Source: Candidatus Neomicrothrix subdominans (GTDB lineage: Bacteria; Actinomycetota; Acidimicrobiia; Acidimicrobiales; Microtrichaceae). From it: a DNA stretch of 64,000 bases. The notes below the pieces were generated by a model. That model was not told the DNA's origin, did not search any database, and saw only the letters and a program-made list of their open reading frames with translations. The translations under genes and the position numbers were made by a program. Each line of letters begins with the position of its first letter. Within the stretch, counting starts at the first letter, position 1. Shown in pieces: positions 26,990 through 37,131 of the stretch. Where the stretch lies: positions 4,161 to 68,160 of the forward strand of contig JADJZA010000003.1 in NCBI GenBank assembly GCA_016719385.1. The letters are read 5' to 3'.

Positions 26990-27716
26990 CCAACTCAGCT
27001 CCTACTCCTGAGCGTCAACGTCGGCACGGGCGGCGGCGGTGGCGGCCCAGGTACAACGCACCGGGTGTCGCAGGCGGCGGCTATCGAAACGGCGGGTCGG
27101 GTGCGAGCGGAGGCAACAGCGAAGGTGGTGCCGAGGTGGTGGCGGCGCAGCACGCTCAGCGGTCCGAGCATTCTGGTCGTCGCTAGCGGTGGTGGCGGAG
27201 GAAGGGTGGTGGTGGTGGTGGTGGTGGTGGTGGTGGAGGTAATACGGAATACGGGCATCTATCAGCGGCCGGATGGAGGTGAGGGCGGCGACGCCGACAA
27301 CGCCGGAGGCCAGGGCAGCGGCGCCTTCCAGTGTTGGCAAAGCTCAGGGTGGCGCCTCCGGAACGGGGGACGTGGCGGCGGAGCTCGTGGCACGAGCGGA
27401 TCCAACGGGGCTAACGGTTCTAACCAATCGGCTGGCATCGGAGGCGGTGGCGGTGGCGGTGGAGCCGGCAGGTCTGTGACGCTCAATCCCGGCGGTGGTG
27501 GCGGCGGGGGCGGCGGGCTGTACGCCGATGGCAACGGGTCCGGAGGTGTCTCCGGGCACGACGGTGATAATTGCCGGCGGCGGCGCCACCGGCGGCTCGG
27601 GCGCAAACTCCAGCAACACCGCCGGAACACCAGGTGGCGCAGGGTTTGTGAAGGTATTCCTCGACAGCCAGGGCAACAACACACCGGGAGCGTTCTGCAG
27701 CTACCCGCAGCCGTAG
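26990..27716 (+). pseudogene. Glycine-rich repeat protein gene, apparently frameshifted
   Basis: Gly-rich stretches in at least three frames (GGGGGGGAGRSVTLNPGGGGGGGGGLYADGNGSGG). The C-terminal VIIAGGGATGGSGANSSNTAGTPGGAGFVKVFL is in another frame. Confidence 0.3.
27205..27234 (+). repeat. (GGT)10 microsatellite
   Basis: Ten uninterrupted ggt units, read directly. Confidence 0.9.
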
Positions 27717-27764
27717 GTTGCACCTTCACACGTCCGACGTTCTCACGGCGTCGGCGTTGCCTCA

Positions 27765-28940
27765 GTGGCTGGTGGGGCGGTTGCCTACGACGCCGTCACC
27801 GACACGATCCATCGTGTCGGCTCGATGGGCGCCGTCCTCCTGGTCGATGATGAGACCAACCCCGGTCGGCGCGTTCGTCGACGACGTCGCGGCCGCGACC
27901 GGTACGACGCATGGGGGATGCAGAGGCGCTGTGCTCGCGGGCATCGAATCGATGCGCTCACTTGGCTTGCTCGATCGCCGGAGAGCCATTTTGGGTTCAG
28001 CCCGGGCACTGGCTCGCTACTCCAACAGGACGATCTACCAACGAGCAAGCCCACGCCGTGCTCGACCGCTCCATCGTTTTCCGCTCATCGACCAGGCCCT
28101 CCTCGACGACATCGACTCCTTACTTCAAGGACTCGACAACAGCGTTGCCTCCGACGGACAATTTCGACATCTCACCCGGTCCCACCGGCCGAGTTTGCCT
28201 CCAGGCCGCAGAGGAGTGGGACTTCCCAAATCGCGACAATCTCTTTGCTCAGCTGCCTGGTGTCCTGAACGACTTCGCTGCTCGGTCGCACACGTTGGCG
28301 GTACTTCACGCCGGCGCAGTACCGACCGACAGGTCGGCTGAGTTGCCGATCAGCGGTGACTCGGCGTCCGGGAATCCCAACACTGGTCAGAGCGCTCGTT
28401 CAACAGGGGTGCGCCTACCTCGGCGATGAAATGATCGAGTCCGCTCGAACGAACAGAGACCCTCCCCTACCCCAAAGCCGCTGGAACTCGACGAGGAGAG
28501 TTGCCGCGTGTTGGGGCGGTAACCGATCCCACCGCACCTTCACTCATGAAGTTTGCGAAGCGACGCAACCTCGCTTACAGAACCTGCCGGGCGGTGAGCG
28601 AGATCAACTTCCCAGGCTTTCAACCGGGTCATCAACCGGGGTCCCGGCTTGGTCGACGCGGCGCTCGGGCGCTGCTCGGACAAGCGATCAACTAAGCAGG
28701 CCGGAGAGCACGGATTGCGGGCTGTGTGCGAGCTGGCCGAGACCGTCCCGGTCAGTCGCATTGTTCACGGATTCGACCGCTCTGGCTGAACGTCTCCTCG
28801 CCAACATGGCAGTGCGCCAACTCAAGTCTGAGCCGCCGAAGGACGTCTTCAGAACTCCTGTTGGGTTGAAGCAAGCTTGCGCGCGCCCCCTGACGGTCGA
28901 GCGGGGACGGGCTCTTCGGGTGCCGACACATGTTCGTTCT
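27765..28940 (+). pseudogene. Decayed PqqD-HprK-like kinase paralogue (multiple frameshifts)
   Basis: Pieces in three frames parallel 48222..49352: AVAYDAVTDTIHRVGSMGAVLL; VGAFVDDVAAATG...IESMRSLGLLD; EWDFPNRDNLFAQLPGVLNDFAARSHTLAVLHAGAV...ISGDSASG; IPTLVRALVQQGCAYLGDEMI. Confidence 0.55.
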
Positions 28941-29029
28941 CCCGGCACCGCGTTCGCAACTGATCGACGACATAGCGGGCGCCACGGCGGGCGACGCGGT
29001 CGCTAACGTCGGGCCAGGGGGAACAACAC

Positions 29030-30232
29030 ATGAGCAAGCACAACGAGCGGGTCTTCGTGATCGGCGTCGGGATGACCAAGTTTGAGAAGCCCGGAGCCCG
29101 CGAGGGCTGGGACTACCCGCAGATGGTGAAGGAGTCGGGAACCAAAGCGCTCGAGGACGCCGGCATCGGCTACGACCGGATCGAGCAGGTGCACGCCGGC
29201 TACGTGTACGGCGACTCCACCTGCGGTGAGCGGGCGGTCTACGAGCTGGGCATGACCGGCATCCCGATCACCAACGTCAACAACAACTGCTCCACCGGGT
29301 CGACCGCCCTGTACCTGAGCGCCGAGGCGATCCGGGGCGGTCGCGCCGACTGCGTGATGGCGGTGGGCTTCGAAAAGATGCAGCAGGGCTCGTTGGCGAT
29401 CGGCGCGGAGGACCGCGAGCAGCCGCTGATGAAGCACATGATGGCCCTTGGCGAGTTGTACGAGTTCGCCATGCCGCCTGCGCCGTACATGTTCGGTGCG
29501 GCCGGTCGGGAGCACATGGAGAAGTACGGCTCCACGCCGGAGCACTTCGCCAAGATCGGCGAGAAGAACCACCGGCACTCGGCCAACAACCCCTACGCCC
29601 AGTTCCAGGACGTCTACACGCTTCAGGAGATCCTCGACGCCAAGATGGTGTACCCGCTGCTCACCCGGCTGCAGTGCTCCCCCACCTCCGATGGCTCCGG
29701 CGCTGCGGTGCTCGCCAGCGAGGAGTTTGTCGAGGCCAACGACCTGGCGGACCAGGCGATCGAGATCGTCGGGCAGACCATCGTCACCGACCTGGCCAGC
29801 ACGTTCACCGCCGGCACCGCCGCCGCCCTCGTCGGCTACGACATGACCAAGGAGGCCGGCCGCCAGGTGTTCGAGCAGTCCGGCCTGGGCATCGACGACT
29901 TCCAGGTGATCGAGCTGCATGACTGCTTCTCGACCAACGAGCTGCTCACCTACGAGGCGTTCGGCCTGGCCGCTGAGGGCGAAGGCCACAAGCTGATCGA
30001 CAACGACGACACCACCTACGGCGGCCGCTGGGTGGTCAACCCCTCCGGCGGGCTGATCTCCAAGGGCCACCCGCTGGGCGCCACCGGCCTGGCCCAGAGC
30101 TCAGAACTGGTCTGGCAACTGCGCGGCACCGCCGAAGCACGGCAGGTCGACGACGTCACGGCCGGCCTGCAACACAACATCGGCCTGGGCGGCGCCGCCG
30201 TCGTCACCGCCTACCAGCGCGCCGACCGCTGA
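29030..30232 (+). CDS. SCP-x type thiolase / lipid-transfer protein (thiolase superfamily)
   Basis: [15 protein letters not shown]...[11 protein letters not shown]...[16 protein letters not shown]...HNIGLGGA, 400 aa. Confidence 0.75.
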   Translation: MSKHNERVFVIGVGMTKFEKPGAREGWDYPQMVKESGTKALEDAGIGYDRIEQVHAGYVYGDSTCGERAVYELGMTGIPITNVNNNCSTGSTALYLSAEAIRGGRADCVMAVGFEKMQQGSLAIGAEDREQPLMKHMMALGELYEFAMPPAPYMFGAAGREHMEKYGSTPEHFAKIGEKNHRHSANNPYAQFQDVYTLQEILDAKMVYPLLTRLQCSPTSDGSGAAVLASEEFVEANDLADQAIEIVGQTIVTDLASTFTAGTAAALVGYDMTKEAGRQVFEQSGLGIDDFQVIELHDCFSTNELLTYEAFGLAAEGEGHKLIDNDDTTYGGRWVVNPSGGLISKGHPLGATGLAQSSELVWQLRGTAEARQVDDVTAGLQHNIGLGGAAVVTAYQRADR

Positions 30233-30246
30233 CAAGGAGCCACACC

Positions 30247-30542
30247 ATGCCCACGATCGACGGCGCACTCCGCGCCACCGCCCGCCGCATCCCCGACGCC
30301 GAAGCGCTCAAGTTTGGCCAGGTCGAGTTGAACTATGCCCAACTCGATGAGGCGGTCGACCGCGCCGCCCGTGCCCTGGCAGGCCTCGGCGTCGCCAAGG
30401 GCGACCGGGTGGCGCTGATGTCGACGATGCGTTGATCCTCTACACGACGGGGGCGACCGGCAAACCGAAGGGTGCCCTGTTCGACCACCACCGCATCATG
30501 TGGGTGGGCGTCAACGTCATCGCCACCTGCGGCATGCGAGTG
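30247..30542 (+). pseudogene. Acyl-CoA synthetase (AMP-binding) 5' fragment with an internal deletion
   Basis: The N-terminus RIPDAEALKFGQVELNYAQLDEAVDRAARALAGLGVAKGDRVALMS jumps, out of frame, to DDALILYTTGATGKPKGALFDH. It then stops at the duplication boundary 30543. Confidence 0.6.
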
Positions 30543-30743
30543 GAGGCAGTCCTCCATTTGTCGCACGACCGTCGTGGCGTACCCCCGGTCGGGATCGGTC
30601 GACCTCACCAGCGTGCTCCGGCCGGTCTGCGCTTTCCTCAGCGGTTGACACGTCCGACCGCCAGAGCCCAGCTCAGCAGGCTTGACCGTCACTGCCCGTT
30701 CGTATGGTGAATCAACCCACCCAGCGATTCGGAGGCATATGCC

Positions 30744-31214
30744 ATGACGATGGCCGAGCACGAACGGTACCATCTTCACCAGCAGCTCGAAGAAGTACTC
30801 GACGAGCGAGGAGCCAACACCATGATGGAACTGCTTCCACCCGTGGGATGGGCCGACGTCACCACCAAACGCGACCTCGACCAACTCGAAGAACGCATGG
30901 ACCTGCGCTTTCAGAACGTGGACCTCCGATTCGACAACGTCGACTCGCGGCTGGACGAAATTTCCGAAATCGCAGGTCTCCGTTTCAACCAGGCCACCGA
31001 AAACACAAATCTCCGCTTCAACCAGGCCGCCGACAGCACAAATCTTCGTTTCGACAAGGCCGCCGAAAGCACGAATCTCCGCTTTGAGAAGGTCGAGAAA
31101 CGAATCGACGCACAAGCCGACCGGATCATCAGCAAGCTTCTGACAATCCTGGTGCCCATCATCGCGGTGGCCGTAGCGTTCTTGACGGCCATGTCGGTGT
31201 GGGGCCCAGGCTGA
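30744..31214 (+). CDS. Tail-anchored coiled-coil repeat protein (DUF1640-like architecture), paralogue 1
   Basis: GGAGG lies 9 nt upstream of the ATG. N-domain ..RYHLHQQLEEVLDERGANTMMELLPPVGWADVTTKRDLDQLEERM, four 11-aa xxNLRFxQAAx units, C-terminal TM LLTILVPIIAVAVAFLTAMSVW. Confidence 0.7.
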   Translation: MTMAEHERYHLHQQLEEVLDERGANTMMELLPPVGWADVTTKRDLDQLEERMDLRFQNVDLRFDNVDSRLDEISEIAGLRFNQATENTNLRFNQAADSTNLRFDKAAESTNLRFEKVEKRIDAQADRIISKLLTILVPIIAVAVAFLTAMSVWGPG

Positions 31215-31481
31215 TCACCGAGTCCACCGGCGGGCCACATCGACACGCGATGCCAGCGGCTCACGGTGGTGGCCACCTTGGTCACGATCGCCACAACACA
31301 CCCGTCATCACGCTCGACGATCAGGTCCACCTCATGGTCGCCCCGGTGGGTTCGGAGATGACCGACCGACGCTTCACGAACTGCAGCGGAACGACCGCCT
31401 GCACCTGGCCCCCTTCACCCGCATCGAAGTGCAGGAGTTCCACCGGGGCGGTATGCCATTCCTGTGGGCTAACTTCCACAC

Positions 31482-31718
31482 ATGCGTTTGCACATAACAT
31501 TGGACGACGAACTTGTCGAAGAGCTCGACCGTCGCCGGGACTCGCCAACGAAGCGCGTACATCGAAGCAGCGGTGCGCCAGACCCTCGACGACGAACGAC
31601 GTTGGGACGATGTGGAATCGGCCCTCGGCTCCCTCGCCGATTCGGGGCACGCATGGGACGACGACCCGGCCACATGGGTCGCGCACAACGTGAAGCCGAC
31701 AGCCGGCGCACCGGATAG
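31482..31718 (+). pseudogene. vapB: RHH (CopG/VapB-like) antitoxin with a scrambled middle (-2 and -1 nt deletions)
   Basis: Compared with copy 42578..42817: cgtcgccggg versus cgtcgcgccggg, and gggtcgcgc versus gggtgcgcgc. About 47 codons are read out of frame. Both termini are preserved. Confidence 0.65.
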
Positions 31719-32098
31719 TGGCCCGCCTACTCCTCGACTCGACCGTGCTCATCGACGCGCTTCGAGGGCGCCCGGCCGCCGACCGGGTCGCCGGCTTGCG
31801 ACGCCTGGGAACTCAGCCGTGGGTGTGCGCCATCTCGGTCGAGGAGATCTGGCGTGGGCTCCACCCCGACGAGGAAAACCATGCGGTAAGACTGTTTCGC
31901 GGCCTTCGATTGGCCCCGCTCGGCGTCCCCGAAGGCCGCCTCGCCGGAACCTGGCGCCGCGACTTTGCCGCAGCGGGAACCACACTGCACCAGGCCGACT
32001 GTCTCATCGCTGCGGCAGCAGTTGGGATCTCTGCTTCCCTGGCCACCGCAAACGTGCAGGACTTCCCCATGAGCGAGGTCCGGGTCGAAGCCTGGTAG
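31718..32098 (+). CDS. vapC: PIN-domain toxin VapC
   Basis: LLLDSTVLIDAL...ISVEEIWRGL...ADCLIAAAAV...LATANVQDF places the acidic residues as in PIN domains. Directly follows the RHH ORF. Confidence 0.7.
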   Translation: MARLLLDSTVLIDALRGRPAADRVAGLRRLGTQPWVCAISVEEIWRGLHPDEENHAVRLFRGLRLAPLGVPEGRLAGTWRRDFAAAGTTLHQADCLIAAAAVGISASLATANVQDFPMSEVRVEAW

Positions 32099-32257
32099 CG
32101 CTGCTTCGCTTGGCATCGACTCGTTGAGACTCCTCACCGTGTCACAACCAAGCGCCAGTCCACCGAACCCGTGCGAGCTGTCCTGTGGCCGAGGATCGGC
32201 CCCTGGTCGCCGTGCAGCAGCGATGCAGGACGAGGCTGAGCGGGCGCAAACGCACCT

Positions 32258-32557
32258 TCAAGATCCTCCCGGCGCCACTATCTGGCCGGGACGGCCGCCT
32301 TGGCGGCCAGGTACAGACCAGCCGGAGAAAAACTCTGCGCCATTCGAGAATCGAATCGTGCCGGACTCGGAATCGACCGTCACTTCGCAGAACGCCGGGT
32401 AGTCCTCCAGCAACCAGCCGAAGTCAGATCCGGTCAGCCAATCCTCCAGGTCGATGACCTTCACCGATCCATCATCAAACGTCAGCTCGGTCACGTAACG
32501 AGACAGCACCCGCACATCGGTCACGTCGACCAGCACGTACTCGTCAGTGCCCATCAT
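32258..32557 (-). CDS. DUF2442-like protein (C-terminus altered by an A-run frameshift relative to copy 43386..43661)
   Basis: VTDVRVLSRYVTELTFDDGSVKVIDLEDWL...GTIRFSNGAEF. Copy 1 has gagaaaaactc where copy 2 has gagaaaactc. Confidence 0.5.
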   Translation of the reverse strand: MMGTDEYVLVDVTDVRVLSRYVTELTFDDGSVKVIDLEDWLTGSDFGWLLEDYPAFCEVTVDSESGTIRFSNGAEFFSGWSVPGRQGGRPGQIVAPGGS

Positions 32558-32757
32558 CCCATCCCCTTCTCATCGGCCGTCGCCTCGATCCAGCATTTCC
32601 TCCACCGTACCTGGGAAGGCGTGGTCAAGGGTTGCTGAGCTGGCTGAAGCCGAGCAGTCGATCCTGGACGGTGACGTCGTAGCTGGCGGGTCGATGGGGA
32701 GATCGCCACTGCCGCTCTCGGGCAGGTTGAGCGCCAATCAGCTGTCGGGACCAGTGC

Positions 32758-34260
32758 TCACGGGCCCAGCAGAGCAGCAGGCACCACCGCCACGCCGTCT
32801 TCGGGGCGGCGGTAGGCGTAGCGCCCTGAGGTCACCACCACGGCGTCGAGCAGGTCGTCACCCAACCGGTCACGAAGCCAACGGAGGTGCACGGTGTCGT
32901 CCTGGCTCACGGTGGTCGCCAGCTTGGTCTCGATCGCCGCAATGCGCCCGTCATCGCGTTCGACGATCAGGTCCACCTCATGGTCGCCGCGGTGGGTTCG
33001 GAGATGTCCAACCGACGCTTCCGCGCGCTGCGCGTACGTGCGGACCCCCAGGGTGACCAGCGACTCGAACAACGCCCCCAGCAACGATCCGTCCTGTGGT
33101 CGAGGCACCGGCCCCTGGTCGCCGTGCAGCAGCGATGCAGGTCCGAGACCGAGCAGGGTAGTGGCCAGCGCCGGATCTGTCAGGTGGTGCTTGGGAGCGG
33201 CTGCGAGCTGACGCAGGTGGCTCTGGGTGGGTTGCCAACCCGGGAGCGGATCGAGGATGAACAGCCGTTCCAGCATGCTTCTGTACGGTTCGGTGGTGCT
33301 GCGGGCGGGCTTGTTGCCCTCCCCCGGTGTTGCGGCATCCCTGATCTTCTCGTAGGAGGCAACGCTTGAGGTCGCAGCAGCGTACGCAGCCATCCAACGC
33401 CGCAGCGTCGCCCCCCTTCGGACCCTGAGTCCCGCCTCCACCATGTCGCGATCCACCACGCGATCCACGTAGCCGCTCAGCTGCGCGCGCCGCACCCGAT
33501 GTGGCAGTCCCCGAATGCCAGGAAAGCCCGAACCGCAGATCTCTTCGACGTACTCCGGCAGCCCAACCGATGTCTCGCCGGACACCTCCGGTTGGGTGCC
33601 GGTCAGGATGGCGACGAGGGAGACCGTCGGAGAACTCAGGCCACGTTCGGTGTGGCTGAGTGGGCGCATGCGCACCATCAAGATCCTTCCGGCGCCACTG
33701 TGGCTGAACGACGAAGCCGAGCCGGTGAGCAGAAACTGGCCCGGAGCCGCACCGGCGTCCAACGCCCGCCGGACCACATCCCAGGGCACCGCCCGACTGT
33801 CGGGGTCGATCGCCAACCGCTTCGGGGTACCCGACGGCCACCCCGGTTTCGGGCCGAACACCGATGGCCTCGTCGCCCAGATAGTCCCAACCGGCCGCCA
33901 CGAACGCACAGGTGATCGTCGACTTGCCGTCCCCCAATGGGGTGGGCAACAACACCACCTCGCCCTCGGGCGAACGGACCACACCGGTGTGCAGCGCCGC
34001 ACAGCTGTGAGTCCACACCGCATACTCGCTGACCACCGACGTGAGCTGACGCAGGCGGGGCCCCAGGCTGAGGAACTTCAACTCGTAGTCGGTGACGAGC
34101 ACCAACTGCCCGTCGCCGTCCTCATGGGCGTCGAAGAACATCGTCGGCTTCTCGCCGACGGTTCCTGTGCCCAGGAACTCGTCCAGCGTGTCGAGCAGCT
34201 TCGGGTCGGGCCGCGGAACGCGATGTTGTAGTCGATCACCGGGTGGACGGCACCGATCGC
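32758..34260 (-). pseudogene. Chimera: N-terminally truncated DUF4143-type ATPase joined to an HprK-like kinase fragment
   Basis: The ATPase part is near-identical to 44207..45499 from WDVVRRA onward. Upstream it continues as ..KRLAIDPDSRAV and, in another frame, VVLLPTPLGDGKSTITCAFVAAGWDYLGDEAIGVRP. These are paralogous to 48222..49352. Confidence 0.6.
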
Positions 34261-34277
34261 CACATCGTCGACCGCCG

Positions 34278-34622
34278 CTACCGGTGGGTCCCAGGGTTTG
34301 GCCCTGAGCCAAGGAGTTCGACCATTTTTGGCACTTCGTCACTCGCAATGGCCCACACCTGCTCAGAGTCGACCCGGTGGTAGTGGTGGGCGAGAACGAT
34401 ACGCAGCCTCGCAATGTCGCGCCAGGCAACTCTCGGAAAATCCGCTGCCGTATCGTCGGCGATAACGTTCGCTGCCTCGCCGATGATCTCAAGAAGCCGT
34501 TCAGCTGCACGCTGGAGGATCGTGTTCGCCATGAACTCCTCGTGACCTCGGCGCACGATCTGAGCCAGTTCGGCTGCCGCCTCGAGCATGTCGGCGATGC
34601 GCTGCATGTCGCTGCGACTCAC
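34278..34622 (-). CDS. hepT: HepT-like HEPN toxin (DUF86)
   Basis: IIGEAANVI..., RDIARLRIVLAHHYHRVD (Rx4-6H-like). 4-nt overlap with the upstream MNT gene. Confidence 0.65.
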   Translation of the reverse strand: MSRSDMQRIADMLEAAAELAQIVRRGHEEFMANTILQRAAERLLEIIGEAANVIADDTAADFPRVAWRDIARLRIVLAHHYHRVDSEQVWAIASDEVPKMVELLGSGPNPGTHR

Positions 34623-34912
34623 AGGCCAACCGCCTCGCGACGGATGTGATCATCGCGTTCCTTGAGACCCCCGGCGGAAACCACGTCAACCGGGCAATCG
34701 AGGATGCTCTCCAACTCGTCCTGCAGGTGGAGCAGATCAAACAGCGAGCTGTCCGTCGCGAACTCGACCAAGAAGTCGATATCGCTCCCCTCGCCATCAT
34801 CGCCGCGGGCGACCGATCCGAAAATGGCCACGGACGTGCCTCGGTGCCGCCGGACCGCGGCCGCAATCGCGTCCCGGTTCTCTTCGACCAACTTGCGCCT
34901 CGGGCCCATCAC
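34619..34912 (-). CDS. mntA: MntA-like minimal nucleotidyltransferase antitoxin
   Basis: VAIFGSVARGDDGEGSDIDFLVEF matches the GSxxRG...DxD NTase motif. 97 aa. Confidence 0.7.
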   Translation of the reverse strand: MMGPRRKLVEENRDAIAAAVRRHRGTSVAIFGSVARGDDGEGSDIDFLVEFATDSSLFDLLHLQDELESILDCPVDVVSAGGLKERDDHIRREAVGL

Positions 34913-34977
34913 GTCAGGATACCGCGGGCAAGCGCCCTGGCAGCTCGGATTCGAGGAGCAGCATCAGCCAGAATGAC

Positions 34978-35561
34978 GTGGCCCCGCTGTACCACGCTGC
35001 CGAGCTGTGCCTGATGTTGATGCCCGGCACGCTGATCGGCGCCAAGCACGTGGTGCTCGGCAGCTTCGATCCCACCGAGGTGCTCGACACGATGTGTCCG
35101 AGCACATCACGATGTTCTTCGGCGTGGCAACGATGTTCCAGTTTCTGCTGGCCGCCGTCCGACCTCGCCGACCGCGACTTGACCGCCTGGCGCACCGGCC
35201 TCTTTGGCGCATCGCCGACGCCGACGGCAACAACATCAAACCGGGCGACACCGGCGAGATGCTGCTGCGCGGCGAGACGATCATGAAGAACTACCGGAAC
35301 AAACCGGAGGAGACCGCCGTCACCATCGTCGACGGCTGGCTGCACACCGGCGACCTCGCCCGGCTCGACCCTGACGGGTACATGACCCTCACCGACCGCA
35401 TCAAGGACACGATCACCCTCCCCCAGGTACAGGAGTTCTGTCGGGAACGCCTCTCGCACTACAAGGTGCCCCACGACCTGATCGTCCGTCCGATCCCCCG
35501 CAACCCTTCCGGCAAGATCATGGAGCCCGTCATCCGCTCGGAGATGGCCGACGCCGACTGA
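34978..35561 (+). pseudogene. Acyl-CoA synthetase 3' fragment, several frameshifts and a deletion
   Basis: APLYHAAELCLMLMPGTLIGAKHVVLGSFDP / EHITMFFGVATMFQFLL / SDLADRDLTAWRTGLFGASP / GEMLLRGETIMKNYRNKPEETA..WLHTGDLARLDPDGYMTLTDRIKD^TITLPQVQEF..YKVP..RNPSGKI. Confidence 0.6.
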
Positions 35562-35674
35562 GTGAGGAGCCAACGCTTCGCCAAGGTCGAGGAACGAATC
35601 GACGCCAGTGAACGGAATCTCTCCGAGATGGCCAGGGCCTGGGCAGAGTGAGTAGCGAATCGGGACTATCTCCG

Positions 35675-35866
35675 CTACAGAACTTCTGCCTGCGTGGCAC
35701 CGGCAGCACTACTTCGGTGCCAGGACTTCTTCGCACCTGCAGCTGCGCTGAAGTGGCCAAGACCAACGCTTAACTCGGCCACCTGCAGAAACTCCTCTGC
35801 TTTGGCCAAGTGTGCGCGGGCCTCAGCGAGCGGGCTCATGCGTGGGCTGGTGCCGAGGAACGCCAA
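35675..35866 (-). pseudogene. HEPN-like fragment downstream of the NTase gene
   Basis: SPLAEARAHLAKAEEFLQVAELSVGLGHFSAAA resembles a HEPN N-terminal helix. The ORF then runs into unrelated sequence. Confidence 0.35.
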
Positions 35867-36473
35867 GGTCGCACTCCCCGATCAAATGGATACCGTCTCG
35901 GCGTACCTCGTCAACCAACCGTTCGCCGTTCGCATCCAACCGAGCAAACTCCGCCTCCGACAGGTCAACGATGGAGCACGGATTGCCCGTCCAGCTCCGG
36001 ACGGCCTCCGTCAGTTCATCCACCTGGGAATCCCATTGATCGCCACCATCTGCGGTATCCGGCCGGATCACGAAAAGATCAATATCGCTGGCGGCCCCTC
36101 CGTCTCCCCGCGCAACCGAGCCGAAGAGCCATGCCCCACTCGGCGGGTATTCCCACCGACGGAGGCGATCCTTCAACTGCGCAATCAGTCGACTCCGCAT
36201 ACCGGCCAGCGCCCGGATGCTGCTGGTCGCAAGGTGTTGCTCGTTGAGGGTGTAGAGCTTCGACGGAGGATGATCCTCCACGAGGACGATGCCATGCTCC
36301 GCTAGATACCGCAGGGCGAGGCTGGTTCCCTTTTGACTGAGCCGACCGTTCGAGAGGGCGGCCACCTTCCTTCCTAACAACGGCACGTAGGTGCTCGCCA
36401 GTACTTCCAAGACGACCCCTCGCAACCATCTCATCGGCTGAGCGACCGGAACCGCTTCCGGCTCTGGCGGCAT
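35823..36473 (-). CDS. Winged-helix + nucleotidyltransferase domain protein
   Basis: LFGSVARGDGGAASDIDLFVI NTase motif after a wHTH-like N-terminus (GTSLALRYLAEHGIVLVE). Confidence 0.6.
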   Translation of the reverse strand: MPPEPEAVPVAQPMRWLRGVVLEVLASTYVPLLGRKVAALSNGRLSQKGTSLALRYLAEHGIVLVEDHPPSKLYTLNEQHLATSSIRALAGMRSRLIAQLKDRLRRWEYPPSGAWLFGSVARGDGGAASDIDLFVIRPDTADGGDQWDSQVDELTEAVRSWTGNPCSIVDLSEAEFARLDANGERLVDEVRRDGIHLIGECDLGVPRHQPTHEPAR

Positions 36474-36513
36474 CTACAGCACGGCCGTCCAAGCGGAGGC
36501 CCGACCCGACATC

Positions 36514-37131
36514 TCAGCCTGAACGGTCGAGCGCGCCGTCGAGCAATGCGGACCACTGGGCGATGATCGGTGCGCGGCGTTGGCGGTCGTCGCCGAGCAG
36601 GTTGGCCAGCCCCAGGCCTCGTGCCATGTCGAGGATCCCCTGGATCAGCGGCCGTACCCCCGCCTCCTGCTCGTCGACGCCGAGCAACTGGACGGTGGCC
36701 CGGTGTACCTGACGGCCGATCCGTGTCTCGAGGATGACGACCCGTTCGCGCAGCTGCGGCTCCGCAGCCGAGGCCACCCACAGGGCCAGGGCCGCCCGGA
36801 ACAACTCACCGGTGTGCATGTCCACCACCAGTTGCACCACGTTGCGAGTGGAGATCGGATCGTCGCCGTGATCCTCGATGTAGCGGCGGATCTCCCCGGT
36901 GCGGGCTTCGGTCATGTGTTCGACCGCAGCGATGAAGAGGTCCTCGCGGGTGGGGAAATGGCGCTGTGCCGCCCTCCTGGACACCCCGCGCCGCTCGGCC
37001 ACCACCGTCACCGTGTTGCCCGACCAGCCCACCTCGGCAAGAGAGCCGACGGCGGCCTCCAACAACGCCAGGCGGGTCGCCCGGCTTCGATCCTGCTTCG
37101 GGCCCTTCAGCGAAGGTTCAGTGTAGGTCAC
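36514..37131 (-). CDS. TetR family transcriptional regulator
   Basis: RSRATRLALLEAAVGSLAEVGWSGNTVTVVAERRGVSRRAAQRHFPTREDLF is a TetR HTH. Confidence 0.8.
   Translation of the reverse strand: MTYTEPSLKGPKQDRSRATRLALLEAAVGSLAEVGWSGNTVTVVAERRGVSRRAAQRHFPTREDLFIAAVEHMTEARTGEIRRYIEDHGDDPISTRNVVQLVVDMHTGELFRAALALWVASAAEPQLRERVVILETRIGRQVHRATVQLLGVDEQEAGVRPLIQGILDMARGLGLANLLGDDRQRRAPIIAQWSALLDGALDRSG

Noticed and set aside
27718-28341. 207-aa ORF as a real gene
   Set aside because: It is one of several frames of a decayed PqqD-kinase paralogue. Homology to 48222..49352 hops between three frames.
29003-30070. 355-aa minus-strand ORF
   Set aside because: Antisense to the well-supported thiolase gene. 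Low-complexity Gly/Val/Asp/His-rich translation.
30682-30708. TTGACC ... TATGGT promoter upstream of the coiled-coil gene
   Set aside because: The spacer is only 15 nt, and the -35 box is not conserved in the duplicate copy (ttggct at 41546). The support is too weak to list as a feature.
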